From the NCBI GenBank assembly GCA_030390025.1, contig CM059425.1:165914001-165978000 (forward strand): a stretch of DNA of 64,000 bases, given 5' to 3'. The DNA comes from Squalus acanthias (taxonomy: Eukaryota). How positions within the stretch are numbered: position 1 is the stretch's first letter; every line of letters begins with the position of its first letter. The position numbers were made by a program, and so were the translations under genes. The notes under the pieces are model-generated. The model was given only the letters and a program-made list of their open reading frames with translations. It made no database searches and was not told the origin of the DNA. Below are positions 12,991 through 26,548 of this stretch, one piece after another.

Positions 12991-13984
12991 CAGAAAGATT
13001 GTGAGGCTAGTCATGATTGAGGATACACAGGCTCGCACACTTGTGTTTATAGCTATCATCCTGCTATAACACATATTACTGAAACATCTCTGGAATATAT
13101 CGCAGTTAGAATAAATTATTTTCAACTCTTGCCTATAACTGGTGAAATACCAGATAGTCTGTCATCCCTTCTGGGAGTACATTCAACACAAGCCTACTCA
13201 CAAATCCCAAACTAGATTCCAGCAGGAAAGAATAGATTAACGTAAGATGGGGAATAAGCCAATAACAGCAACTCACCTGATAACCAGAAAAGGACTGTTT
13301 TGAGGTAAGAACTACATTAATATAACTATCTGCCCTCCCAGACTCTCTTTGCTCTCAGTCCTGTACATTTCTAGTCCCATTTCCATCTTGAGCTCCTTTC
13401 TGCTTCCTATCTGTAAAGGAAAGTGAGATCAATAGATGGTAAGACTAAATGTGAATCTAAAATGAAAGAAGCAAATATAATTGGGTGAAAGAAGCAAATA
13501 TAATTGGGTAAAAGAAGAAAATGAAAGGCATCAAGACTGAGAAAGACACAAGCATTTTTAGGATGTACTCCAGCTTTTGCTCCCCCTTTGACAGAATTCC
13601 AGGGGTGCTGCTGGTTCTGTAGCTTTAAAATTGCTGTTTTAAACAAGAGTGTTCACTTACTGGACTTAAAACTTTAGTTGGATATTTTGTTGTGCACATT
13701 TATCTATTCAAGAGGGTAGGGTGGTCCCCAGCCAGCTGCTAGGAGGGTAACTTGCCTACCAATTTTCCCCTCCATTTAATTCCTCCTCCTGATGCCACGT
13801 TAGAAAACGGAATGATGACAAGAACACAAGTGCTTAATTTCTTGACACAAACCTGCAGAAAAACTACTCCCCTATTTTATCCAGTGTATACTTGGCTTTT
13901 GCAGTGAACAGATCAGCGAAAGCTGTTGGGTGACCCCTGGATGCCATAGTAGGTTAGAACCATGAAACATCTTTAATGTAGACC

Positions 13985-14240
13985 ATGAAACTACCGGATT
14001 GTCGTAAAAACCCATCTGGTTCACTAATGTCCTTTAGGGAAGGAAATCTGCCGTCCTTACCTGGTCTGGCCTATATGTGACTCCAGACCCACAGCAATGT
14101 GGTTGACTCTTAACTGCCCTCTGAAATGGCCTAGCTAGCCACTCAGTTGTATAAGGCGGCTCACCACCACCTTCTCAAGGTCAATTAGGGATGGGCAATA
14201 AATGCTGGCCTTGCCTATCCCGTGAATTAATTTTAAAAAA
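13985..14240 (+). mobile_element. Non-coding SINE-like element, 5'-truncated, with a LINE-derived tail
   Basis: 14152-14215 is nearly identical to the LINE 3'UTR at 50846-50912. The upstream part shows no similarity to that LINE. Ends in an A/T run. Confidence 0.7.
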
Positions 14241-14587
14241 GAACATGGCCTGTAGTTAAGGGACTTCGTTCAGGCAGCTGAAAAAAAGCTTTATTTTGCA
14301 TCTAATCTATTATGTGTGCTTTGGAAATGCTCGAAGCTGCCATTGGATATAAAAAAAGAAACCATTCTTCCATTTACAAGCGCACTCTCAAATTGAACAC
14401 AGGTTAAAATACAAAAAAAATAAAGTTGGTACAAAAGTAGATTAGTAGGAGGGGTTTGATATTGCTACGGATTTATTAGCATTTAAACCCAATTACTTTC
14501 AATTGTTGTGTTCAGATTATATTTATTACCAGACCACAGCTGCCATGGAATCTAAACTTGATTAGACAAAGGTGGTTTTATCTCTTC

Positions 14588-15335
14588 AACAACAACAACA
14601 AATAACATGCAATTACAGATCGTTAGTGTAGAAAATGACCCAAGATGCTGCACAGACAAAAACTGACACTCAGCCAAAGAAGGAGATTTTGGATGGGTGA
14701 CTAAAAGCTTGATTAAAGAGGTAGGTTTTACGGAGAGTCTTCAAGGAGGCGGAGAGGTTTAGGGAGGAAATTCCAGAGCTTAGGACCGCTACAGCTGAAG
14801 GCACGACCACCAATGATTGGGCGAAGGGATTGGGGGATGCGCAAGAATTGGAGGAATACAGATTTTTGGAGGGTTGTAGGGCTGGAGGAGAATACGGAGA
14901 TAGGGAGGGGTGAGACCATGGAGGGATTTGAACACGATCAGAATTTTAAAATCAAGGTGCTGGTGGAACGGGATCTAATGTAGGTCAGAGAGCATAGGAG
15001 CGATGGGTGAATGGGACTTGGTGCAGATTAGGATACGGGCAATAGAGTTTTGGATGAGCTCAAGTTTATGGAGAATGGAAGATGAAGGGCTGGCCAGGAG
15101 AGCATTGGAATATTCGAGTCTAGGTCACAAAAGCATGGATGAAGGTTTCAGCAGCAGACAAGATGAGGCAGGGGCGGAGAGGTGAAAGTAGGCGGTCTTT
15201 TTGATGGAGAGGATAAGGGGTCAAAAGCTCAGCTCAGGGTCAACTAGGATACCGAGGTTATGAACACTCGGGTTCAGCCTGAGACAGTGGCCAGGGAGGG
15301 GGATGGAATTGGTGGTGTGGGAACAAAGTTTGTGG
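14588..15335 (-). mobile_element. L2 LINE 3' fragment, decayed
   Basis: Minus-strand GGRAFSCSGPKLWNFLP, an L2 ORF2 C-terminal motif, and a (TTG)n tail. Confidence 0.75.
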
Positions 15336-15859
15336 TTTTGTCTCTTCAGCATTCATACGACCTCAAGTTTTGCTGCATCTAGAGCAGTCATTCTCTGGCC
15401 TGTACAATTTGTACCTCTTGTGAGGTGAATCTAAATCATTCAATCATAAAATGTTGATAACATTCTGTGATGCGACGCACTGGTTTGTGGCTTTCATGAA
15501 AAGATGGACTGAATTGCAAAATGAGAACCCCAAAGTATTGGTAAAAATCTTGAATCCCATTTAATAAAAATGGCATTTGTCTTACACAGATAGTTAACAA
15601 GTGGATGGACATGACTCTGTGAAGCCAGCTAATCCTTGGCCTTCCATTACCTTACTTGGTGCCAGCAAATGATCAGTACAGCAAGGTTACCAGCCCAGCT
15701 ACTGTCCACCATTCACATTGTCCATCACGGTGTCCTATATACATCCAACCCAATTACCTTGGTAAGTTGCTGCTCAAAGTCACCAAGCGCTTGTGCATTT
15801 AAAACAAAACTAAATTGCAAAAAGTACAAGTAAATTGCTGTTTCGCCTGGAAGGAGTAC

Positions 15860-16593
15860 TTGTACTTCTTGCAATTTAGTATACTGTATTCACTGCTCAC
15901 AATGCAGTCTCCTCTACACTGGGGAGACCAAACGCAGATTGGGTGACCGCTTTGCGGAACACCTCCGCTCAGTCCGTAAGGGTGACCCCGAGCTTCCGGT
16001 CGTCTGTCACTTTAATTCTCCGCTCCACTCCCACTCTGACCTCTCCGTCCTCGGCCTCTTACACTGTTCCAATGAAGCTCAACGTAAGCTTGAGGAACAG
16101 CACCTCATCTTTCGATTAGGCACTTTACAGCCTTCTGGACTCAACATCGAGTTCAACAATTTCAGACCATAACCTCTGCCCCTATCTTTTTTTCTTTTTT
16201 TCATTTTTTTTCTCTCTCTCACATGGCAGCTGTCGATCATTCTGCCAGTGCCATTTACACATCATCTAGAGTCATCTTTTGGTTCTTAACTTGTCCCATT
16301 ACCATTTCCTTTTGCTTTGCACCATTATCCCTTTTGTCTCTTAATCTTTCCTGCCTTCCATTCTATCACAGACCTTCCCCTTTGTTCTTTCCTCCCCTCC
16401 CTCCTTTCCCTGCCCCTACACTTGCTTAAAAACCTGTTCCATCTCCAACTTTTTCCAGTTCTGATGAAGGGTCATCGACCTGAAACGTTAACTCTGTTTC
16501 TCTCTCCACAGATGCTGCCTGACCTGCTGAGTATTTCCAGCATCTTCTGTTTTATTTCAGATTTCCAGCATCCGCAGCATTTTGCTTTCATAT
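15860..16593 (+). mobile_element. Penelope-like element 3' end (GIY-YIG endonuclease and pseudo-LTR)
   Basis: CTSCNLVYCIHCSQCSLLYTGETKRRLGDRFAEHLR..HFN..EEQHLIFRLGTLQPSGLN, followed by a pyrimidine-rich UTR and a hammerhead motif. Confidence 0.88.
16457..16493 (+). ncRNA. Minimal type I hammerhead ribozyme motif
   Basis: Stem I AGTT/AACT, core CTGATGA, stem II GGGTC-ATC-GACCT, GAAA, and palindromic loop-less stem III ACGT. Confidence 0.7.
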
Positions 16594-17164
16594 TAAAATG
16601 TTTAATTTCTCTCTCCTGAAGTAAGTACTCAGTCAAAGGAATAAATGTTCATCAGTATTGCATTACAGAATGATTGTGGAATCATTGTGTGGTCTTAAGC
16701 AGAAAATATAGCTGAAAATAATACTGCCATAAATCAGCCAGTCTGACCACCTGTCGATGACGGAGAGACCTTTCGTTTTTCTGAGTAGTCAAATCATAGA
16801 GTGCCACCTTGTGTTGATTATTGGAAACTGCAGCATTGAAGATGATCACACAGAAGATGATTATTTTAGAATGCACATAATTAAGTACTTCTAATTCTTC
16901 TGGTCATACAACATACAATAGAACTGTTTGCGCTAGCCAGAGAGAATTTATCTGCTGTTTGCTGTTGTGATTTGACAAACCTTTGTCTTTAAAAGCTGAT
17001 AATTTTTTTTAAACTTTGCTACATGTTTATAACTGAATTTATACCTCAGATGTGAGCAATAACCTGAGAGAATGATTTTCCCTATTTCAAGCGCGTGGCA
17101 TCATCAGCTTAGAAATAATTTCATATATGTCAATCGACAAAACTTGGAAAAGCTAACAAACATA

Positions 17165-19280
17165 GGGCTAGAAATTCGGGTACTTACCGCCAACCAGTAT
17201 GGCACGTTTCATGAAAATAAATGGCGGCCACCTCACTTCCGCCCGCCTCCTGCGCGGGACTCGGTGGCTGCCATTTTGGTGAGGGCCATAGTGCTGCTGT
17301 TAGCAGCGCTGGCCCCAGAAATGCAATTCTGCAGAGCATGACATCAGTCGTCATGCAACATCGACTTGATGCCACACTCTGCAAACTTAGACCTTTGCGC
17401 TGAGTTTAAAGCTGGGTCCTAAGAAAAGCAAGCGTGTAGCAAACCTACAAAAATGCTGTCAGCGCTACTTAAAGGGACACACACATCTTTCAAGTAAGTT
17501 TGCATTTAAGCTTTTGGACTGGATTTTTAAATATTTTATTGAAGTAGTGGCTTGGTGCAATAGATGTTAAAAGTTTTTAAAGTGTGCAGGGAGTGTTGTT
17601 GGATGACTTGCAAGGCCTCGGATGGCAAAGGACGATCTCTGAGAAGACAGAAAATGCTGGAAATACTCAGCAGGTCAGGCAGCATCCATAGAGAGAGAAA
17701 CAGAGTTAACGTCTCAGGTCGAGATGCTGCCTGACCTGAGTATTTCCAGCATTTCCTGCTTTTATTTCAGATTTCCAGCATTTGCTCGCAGAGGGAAGAG
17801 GAAGAGGCAGAAGAGGAGGAAGCAGAAGGAAAGATGCAATTCAGACAGCATCTTTCAGGCCGGGATATCCGGGATGGAATCAACCACCTGCGGTACCAGT
17901 GGCCACAACCCAATTCCCCTTTCAACATTTGTCCCACACCTTACCTTCCATCTGTTACTGACCATCACAGCGTCCTCTTGGCCACAATGCTGAAATAAAA
18001 GCCACCACAAAGCAAACTTACCAATCCAACTTTATATATCTATCCATCCAATAGGACATCAAGAAATCAACTAATCACCCTTGTGCATTCCTTTAGTAAT
18101 TGTCTTGTGTCTGCCTTTACCTATCCTACTGATGTCACGCAGTGCTTCCCCAGTGGCTGCAGCATGGCAAGTGGAAGGCTGCTGACTTTCAGTGGGGGAC
18201 ACTGCAAATAGCCTTGCAGGATGACCTCAAGGAGCTGGTGGCTGGGAGTGTGAAATCGAGTGACGGTGTTTCTTCTTCTTCACTCTCCTCTCCCTCTTCT
18301 TGGTCAACCACTGGCTGGGCAGGCTGCATTTCTTGGGTGTGTGAAATGAGGAAGGCACAAGGGTAGAGTTGTAGTGAGGGGAGGGCAGGAAAGCAAGAGG
18401 TGCCAGGAAAGCGAGAAGGAGGATACTGTATGAGGACACCAGTATCTTGTATCCTTTCAGCCCCAGCGCTGGCCAAGGGCTCAGCCATACCCCTGCCAAG
18501 AATGGCCAACACCGTCTCCTCCAAGGGGGTAAGGTGAAGCTAGGAATGGGAGGTGTGCCATGTATTTGGTACAGATTGTTGGTAGGTGAGTGATTGGGAG
18601 CGGGGGGGAGTTGTAGAAGACAGGTCTGAGGTCATGAAGCTTCTTTGGGCACTGGAGCCAGGTGGTGGGGGCAACACTGGTGACGGCCTTGGTGATCTGG
18701 TCCCACATCGTTCTTTCTGGAGGGCCTCCTGGCCGCTGTGGGTAGAGGACTTCTCTTGCAGTGTTGACCCCCTGCATAAAGCTGGAGTGCTGTGTGCGAG
18801 ACCCTGGGTGCCCTTCCCTGGCTTGCTGAGCCATTTGTGTTAGTACTGAAGCACTTTTACCATTGTTTTAGGAGCAGAAGGCAATTCACCTTTAAGAGTT
18901 GAAGACTGCCATTTGGGAATTCTTTTTAATTTTTTTTTCAGAAGGCAGTTGAGCTCTAAGGGCTAAAAACTGCCTATTTTTAAATGATTTTTTTTTTCAT
19001 TTTAGAAGGCAGTGCCCCTTTAAGGGACTGACACTGCTGTCTAAAATGACAGGCTAGCTTCAATAGAACGCTGTTCTTGCTCCAGGCCACGCTATGTTGG
19101 GCCTCCTGCCGAGACTACTGCCCAAAAACCAGCCTTGCATAGTAAGTTTAGCGCTGCGCTAATTTTAATTAGCAAGCAGCACCAATATACTGGTGCTGCC
19201 AGCGCTATTAATTCCGGCGGCCGTTAATTGCAGCCCGCGGTGGCACTGGGAGGTTTCCTGTGCTCTGGAATTTCTAGGCC
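17165..19280. mobile_element. Non-autonomous PIF/Harbinger element
   Basis: TIRs GGGCTAGAAATTC / GAATTTCTAGGCC with 3-bp TSD ATA (17162-17164, 19281-19283). Decayed Myb/SANT remnant on - (WDQITKAVTS..WLQCPKKLHDL). Confidence 0.8.
17647..17781. mobile_element. Palindromic Penelope pLTR fragment with deleted centre, inside the Harbinger element
   Basis: Inverted arms AAATGCTGGAAATACTCAG..GGCAGCATC / GATGCTGCC..GAGTATTTCCAGCATTT. Same family as 16490-16590. Confidence 0.75.
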
Positions 19281-19454
19281 ATAGTCTTTGAACAAAAGCA
19301 TTGTATAACTGAATAGCCATTAACATGACCATGGCCATGGCTTCAAGGTGAGTGAATTAGTTCAATTACTTTTTAATAGATTGTATTTTAGGATTTTTAT
19401 TGACGTTTTGAGATTATATCCTGCAATACAGCTTGTTTTTTTCTGTGAAAAATG

Positions 19455-22400
19455 AAACATAAGAACATAAGAAACAGGAGCAGGAGTAGGCCAATCAGCC
19501 CCTCGAGCCTGCTCCGCCGTTCAATAAGATCATGGCTGATCCAATCTTGGCCTCAACACCACTTTCCCGCTCTCTCCCCATACCCCTTGACTCCCTTGTA
19601 GTTCAAATGTTTGTCAATCTCCGCCTTGAATATATTCAATGACTCCGCCTCCACAGCGCTCTGGGGTAGAGAATTTCAAAGATTCACGACCCTCTGAGAG
19701 AAGAAATTCCTCCTCATCTCCATCTTAAATGGGCGACCCCTTATTCTGAAACTATGCCCCCTAGTTCTAGATACCCCCACTAGGGGAAACATCCTCTCAG
19801 CATCCACCCTGCAATCCCCCTCAGAATCTTATATGTTTCAATAAGATCACCTCTCATTCTTCTAAACTCCAATGAGTATAGGCCCAACCTGCTCAACCTT
19901 TCGTCATACGTCAACAGCTTCATCCCAGGAATCAACCTAGTGAACCTTCTCTGCACTGCCTCTAATGCAAGTATATCCTTCCTTAAATATGGAGACCAAA
20001 ACGGTACACAGTACTCCAGATGTGGTCTCACCAGTGCCCTGTAAAGTTGCATCAAAACTTCCCTACGTTTATACTCTATCCCCCTTGCAATAAAGGCCAA
20101 CATTCCATTAGCCTTCCTAATTACTTGCTGTACCTGCATGCTAACTTTTTGTGTTTCATGTACGAGGACCCCCAGATCCCTTTGTACCGCAGCATTTTGT
20201 AGTCTCACTCCATTTAAATAATAGTTTGCTTTTTCATTCTTCCTTCCAAAGTGGATAACCTCACATTTTCCCACATTATACTCCATCTGCCAAATGTTTG
20301 CCCACTCACTTAGCCTATCCATATCCCTTTGCAGGCTCTTTGTGTCCTCCTCACAACTTACTAACCCACCTATCTTTGTATCATCAGCAAATTTGGCTAC
20401 AGTACACTCGGTCCTTTCATCCAAGTCATTAATATAGATTGTAAATAGTTGAGGCCCAGCACTGATACCTGCGGCACCCCACTAGTTACAGTTTGCCAAC
20501 CGGAAAATGACCTATTTATCCCAACTCTCTGTTTTCTGTTAGTTAGCCAATCCCCTATCCATGCTAATATATTACCCCCAACCCTGTGCACTCTTATCTT
20601 GTGCAGTAACCTTTTATGTGGCACCTTATCGAATGCCTTCTGGAAATCCAAATACACTACATCTACTGGTTCTCCTTTATCCACCCTGTTTGTTACATCA
20701 TCAAAGAACTGTAGCAAATTTGTCAAACAGGATTTCCCTTTCATAAAACCATGTTGACTCTGCTCGCTTGTCTTATGATTTTCTAAATGTCCTGCTATTA
20801 CCTCCTTAATAATGGATTCCAGTATTTTCCCAATGACAGATGTTAGGCTAACTGGCCTATAGTTTCCTGCTTTCTGTCTCCCTCCTTTCTTGAGTAGTGG
20901 CGTTACATTTGCTGTTTTCCAATCCACTGGGACCTCTCCAGAATCCAGGGAATTTTGGTAGATTACAACCAACACATCCACTATCTCTGCAGCCACTTCT
21001 TTTAAGACCCTAGGATGCAGGCCATCAGGTCCAGGGGACTTGTCGGCCTTTAGCCCCATTAGTTTGCCTAGTACTTTTTCTCTAGTGATAGTGATTGTTT
21101 TAAGTTCCTCCCTCCCTATAGCCCCTTGATTATCTATTATTATTGGGATGTTTTTAGTGTCTTCTACCGTGAAGACCAATCCAAAATAATTGTTTAGAGT
21201 CTCTATTTCCCATTATTAATTCCCCAGTCTCATCCTCTAAGGGACCAATGTTTACTTTAGCTACTCTCTTCCTTTTTATATACCTGTAGAAGCTCTTACT
21301 GCCTGGTTTTATATTATTTGCTAGTTTACCCTCATACTCTATCTTCTCCCTCTTTATAATTTTTTTAGTCATCCTTTGCTGGTTTCTAGAAATTTCCCAA
21401 TCCTCTGGCCTATCACGAATCTTCGCAACATTGTATGCCTTTTCTTTCAATTTGATACCATCCTTAACTTCCTTAGTTAGCCACGGATGGTTCATCCTTC
21501 TCGTTGAGCCTTTCTTTCTCACTGGAATATACCTTTGCTGAGATTTATGAAATATCTCCTTAAATGTCTGCCACTGCTGATCTACCGTCTTACCCTTTAA
21601 TCTATTTTCCCAGTTCACTTTAGCCAACTCTGTCCTCATACCCTTGTAATTGCCTTTATTTAAGTTTAGGACACTAGTTTCAGACCCACATTTCTCACCC
21701 TCAAACTGAATTTGAAATTCTATCATGCTATGATCACTCTTTCCTAGGGGATCCTTTACTATGAGATCATTAATTAATCCGGTCTCATTATACATTACCA
21801 GATCTAAAATAGCCTGCTCCCTGGTTGGTTCCTCAACATATTGCTCTAAGAAACCATCCTGAATACACTCTATGAACTCATCCTCAAGGCTACCCTTGCC
21901 AATTTGATTTGTCCAATCTATATGATGATTAAAATTGCCCATGATTATTGCAGTACCTTTCTTACAAGCCCCCATTATTTCTTGATTTATACACTGTCCT
22001 ACAGTATAGCTACTGTTAGGGGGCCTATATACTACTCTCACCGGTGACTTCATACCCTTACTATTTCTTATCTCCACCCAAACTGATTCTACATCATGAG
22101 CTTCTGAGCCAATATCATTCCTCACCACTGCAGTGATCTCATCCTTTATTAACAGAGCTACCCCACCTCCTTTTCCTTTCTGCCTATCCTTCCGAAATGT
22201 CAATACCCCTGAATATTCAGTTCCCAGCCTTGGTCACCTTGCAACCACGTCTCTGTAATGGCTATCAGATCATACCCATTTATTTCTATTTGTGCCGTCA
22301 ACTCACCTATCTTGTTACGAATGCTGCGTGCATTCAGATAAAGAGCCTTTAATTTTATCTTATCATTTTTCCTTACTCTGACTCTATTTTCTGGTGCACT

Positions 22401-23420
22401 CTTATGCTTGTATGCTCTGCCCCTTCCTGATACATTCTGGTTATCGTTACCCCTGTCGTTGCTCTACACTATTGCCTTCTCCTTTCTCTTTGCCTTCCTA
22501 AACACCCCTTCACCTGAACCCCTATCTTCTATTTCCAGTTTGCTTTTCTCCCTTCTGATTCTACCCTCAGGTTCCCATCCCCCTGTCAAACTAGTTTAAA
22601 CCCTCCCCAACAGCACTAGCAAACCGCCCCGGGAGGATATTGGTCCTGTTCCCATTGAGGTGCAACCCGTCTGGCTTGTAGAGGTCCCACCTCCCCCAGA
22701 AACTGTTCCAATTCCTCAGGAATCTAAAGCCCTCCCTCCTACATCATCTCTCCAGCCACGCATTCATCTGCTCAATCTTCCTATTTCTGTATTCACTAGC
22801 GTGTGGCACTGGTAGTAATTCGGAGATTACTACCTTTGAGGTCCTGCTTTTTAACCTGTTTCCTAGCTCCCTAAGCTCTGCCTGCAGGACCTCATCCCTC
22901 TTTCTACCTATGTCATTGGTACCGATATGGACCACGACCTCTGGCTGTTCACCCTCCCCCCTCAGAATGCCCTGCAACCATTCAGTGACATCCTTCACCC
23001 TGGAACCAGGGAGGCAACATACCATCCTGGAGTCACGTCTGCGGCCGCAGAAGCGCCTGTCTGCTCTCCTAACTATTGAATCGCCTACCACTATTGCTCT
23101 CCCTCTCCTCTCCACCCCCCCCCCCCCCACCGCCCCCCCCCCCCCCCGCCCCCTGTGCAGCTGAGCCTTCCATGGTGCTGTGGACTTGGCTCTGGCTGCA
23201 CTCCCCAGAGGAACCATCGCCCTCACCAGTACTCAGCACCGAATACTGGTTGGTGAGCAAGATGGGCTCAGGGGACTCCTGCACTACCTGCCTGGTCTTC
23301 CTCTTCTGTCTGACGGTCACCCATTCCCTCTCTGCCTGCACACTCTTAAGCTGCGGGGTGACCACCTCCCGAAATGTGCTATCCACGTAGCTCTCAGCCT
23401 CGCGGATGCACAGCAGTGAC
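19455..23420 (-). mobile_element. Near full-length CR1 LINE (ORF1 esterase, ORF2 APE-RT), frameshifted
   Basis: ORF1 GDSIVR and VVHIGTNDIG SGNH-type motifs. ORF2 [21 protein letters not shown] and FADD motifs. Tail on - at 19455. Confidence 0.93.
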
Positions 23421-25620
23421 TGCACTGCCGCCGCCGCTGTTGTGGGGCCTACCTGCGCCTCGGGCTCCCTTTATACGCTGCCGCCGCCTCGCCGCTCCTC
23501 CTAGGTCCGCTCTGCCGCCGCCGCTGATGGTCTCATCTATGACATATGAAAAGAAGTTACAATGGGAGTGCAGTGGGACACGAGCTTGTTGTGACTGAAG
23601 CTGCAGCAATAGCAACATTCCATCAGTTGTATTATAGGGACAAAACAAAAACAAAGTACACAAAAGTATAACTTTTGCAGTGCTGTCTTTAGAATTTCTC
23701 AAAGTGGAAAACGAGCCCTGGTGGTGCAAAATTTACTTTCCAGGGAGGTCTGGGGGAATGTCTCACACAAGGAGATTTTGATTGTTGACACTTGTTTGAT
23801 GCACTTTCCAGCAGTTTGAAGTGTATATGATTCTTTTCCTTGTCTACTTTCTATCATCCTACAATCTCCAGTTTATAAAGCCCATTTGTGTCACCTGACC
23901 AGTCCACTACTTCTTGATTAATCTCACCTTGTCTCTTACTGCTTTCAACCTTGATGGTATCTTGCACTGTGGTTCTGGGGCCTGTGCCGAGGTGTCTCAA
24001 TTAAATAGAACAGGAGCAGCAACCTGTACCTCTGATGTCTGTTGATGAGGTTTGTAAACAGAATCCCACAGTGAGCAGAACAGATTTGGGATTCACAGAT
24101 GCTGTAAAGATCTATAAGACCTTCGCAGCACTATATTGTATCATATCACTAGAATTGTCAAAGTATCTTCATAGCTTCAACATGTCAAAGGTTCTTTAAA
24201 AGTAATGCAATGTACTGGATCACCAGTCCCAGTGGTACCTTTTGAAAATTATCAGTGTAGCTTCAAGTGATAACCATCAATACCCATCCAGGTATCAAGA
24301 TTTAGATCTATTATTTTGCCGGTGTTAATAATTCAATTGCTCTGCACAGTTGTCCTTTGGCACACTTCCCTCATTTGCATGATGCCTGCCCATATGTGCC
24401 CTGATCTCCATTTAAATCAGAATTTTTGAGAGACAAAAAAGTGGCAGAACCTGAAGTGACGAGTTTGTGACCATGCAGGGTGTAACCTGAGAGGAAGTCT
24501 GTCCCACTGATGTCCACACATTTCCAGCACAAAACCACGACAGAGTGATGATAACTAGGAACCTTAGCTGAATTTGCCCCCCACCCCCCTCACCCCAAGC
24601 ACTTGAATACTTAAGCAGTCATCGCCTCCACAGGCTAATTTAGCACAGTGCAGTGCTCACACCTGAGATCTTGCTGATTGGTGAGACTAAATATCGCACC
24701 ACACAGTGGATTTACCTACTTAACAACCATTTTTTTTACAATCTTCATTTAGGACATTTTCTGGAGTGAGGTGAGAAGCTGCTCATATGATATAGAGGGA
24801 TGTATGACAAGACCTTCGGTCTTCATAATAGTCCAGTAATTACAACAAATATATAAAACAATCATTCAAATAGTAATCAACAGATAGGAAAGAAAAAGAA
24901 TTTGCATTCATATATCATATTATTCTTAAATATCCCAAAGCGTTTTGCACGCAATGGGCTGAATTTTGTCTGGCCTGAGTGTCCCAGTGTATGTTGGGTG
25001 GTGCGTCATTTTCACACACCTGACTTGGAAGTCTGAACCCGGCTGTAATTCTGAGTTAATCTCATTAGCATTCAGTGGATGAGTGCTAGACATGACTATT
25101 GTCTCCTGTTCAGCGCTCGCCTGTTAGGGGACAGTGTGGTGTTGCAGGTATTAAAAGGTTTGTAGAAAGTTAAAGTGACAAACACTTTATTCATGGTGAC
25201 TGTTGCTACTGTGGAAGAAGGTGAGGAAAATGTCTGGGAGCAGTTGTGACAGCTGCAGGGCATTCGCTTTGAGAAGGAGGCTGTAGAAATCCTGTTTCCT
25301 CCCAATGGCTATCAGGTCAATCATAGAGTGGGTTAGATCTATTGCCGGAGATTGGCTGTGCGGTAATTGCCAGGGTGATAGCCATAGGTATTTGGAAATA
25401 GAAACATGCATCAGGCAGCTGTTATACCTGGAAGGAGTTGGTAGGGGATTTACCATTCAGCAGTTTTTTGCAGAGGACCTAGGGTTCAGTGCTGGAAAAA
25501 GTTTGATGACTTCAGTGGGAGTAACAGGGTAATAACAGTGTGTGAGCTCATACTTACTCAGTGCAGCAACTATTACTGGCATGAAGTGTTCCCTCTTAGC
25601 CATAAATTCTTTCAATATTT

Positions 25621-26548
25621 TAAAAGCAAAATACTGCGGATGCTGGAAATCTGAAATAAAAACAGAAAATGCTGGAAACACTCAGCAGGTCAGGCAGCAT
25701 CTGTGGAGCGAGTAACAGAGTTAACGTGACCTACCTGAATTTTAACCCCCAAAAACGGGTGGGTTGGGTTGGGTGAGATGTTAACATTTAAAAAATATCA
25801 AACCCGACCCCAACCCGCCCACTTCTAGATTTAACAGAGGTGGGTCAAGGGGCGGGCAGCCAATCCGCTCCCAGGAGGTGGGTTAGCAATTTAAATATTT
25901 TAATAAGGCTGGCAGCCTCTGATTTAACCTGCTTTCGAGGTTTAATCCTGGCCGGCCGGGATTCCAGGGCCTCGGGAAACCTGGCACCTGAAGGGAGGCG
26001 AGGACAGCTTTGGAGAGAAGGTAAGTGCCCTTACAGCACTGCTTGTGGGCTTGAAGGAGCAGGAGTGCTTCCCCCCAGCCTCCGAAGCTCACCCCCCCCC
26101 CCATCAGATCTCACCCCCATGCAAAGATCCCCGAGGTTGGGGATTGAACCTCCTCGGGATCAGGGATCGGACACCCCCCCCTCCCCCTTCCCTGGGGATC
26201 GAACCCCCTCACACTCCCACTAGCAGCTGTAGGCTCCCGACCTGCTCCTGTGGCCTGCTCTAGAATCCTCCCTGCCCGACTGGATGCCAAGCCTGTCAAT
26301 CAGGCTGACTTCCGAGCAGGGAAACTGTCAAGGAGAAAAGACAAACGCTGTGAAGTTAAAACTACACAGCATGCGGGGAAACCCTGACTTCTGTGTTTTC
26401 CATCTGAAACTCCAGCCCCACCCTCACCTATGCAACCCACCCCTGTCAATATAGGGGCCAACGTTTCAGGTAGGTCATCTTAACTCTGTTTCTCTCCCCA
26501 CAGCTGCTGCCTGACCTGCTGGGTACGTCCAGCATTTTCTGTTTTTAT
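25621..26548. mobile_element. Palindromic Penelope pLTR insertion with a ~730-bp GC-rich MITE (~25735-26459) in its centre
   Basis: Arms 25621-25727 and 26460-26548 are inverted copies of the 16480-16590 family. Flanked by TTCTTTCAATATTT (25607-25620) and TTCTTTCAGTATTT (26549-26562). Confidence 0.75.

Noticed and set aside
23425..23530. GCC-rich segment as a separate gene promoter or triplet expansion
   Set aside because: Short, directly adjoining the CR1 5' end, with no associated exons. Probably element-derived.
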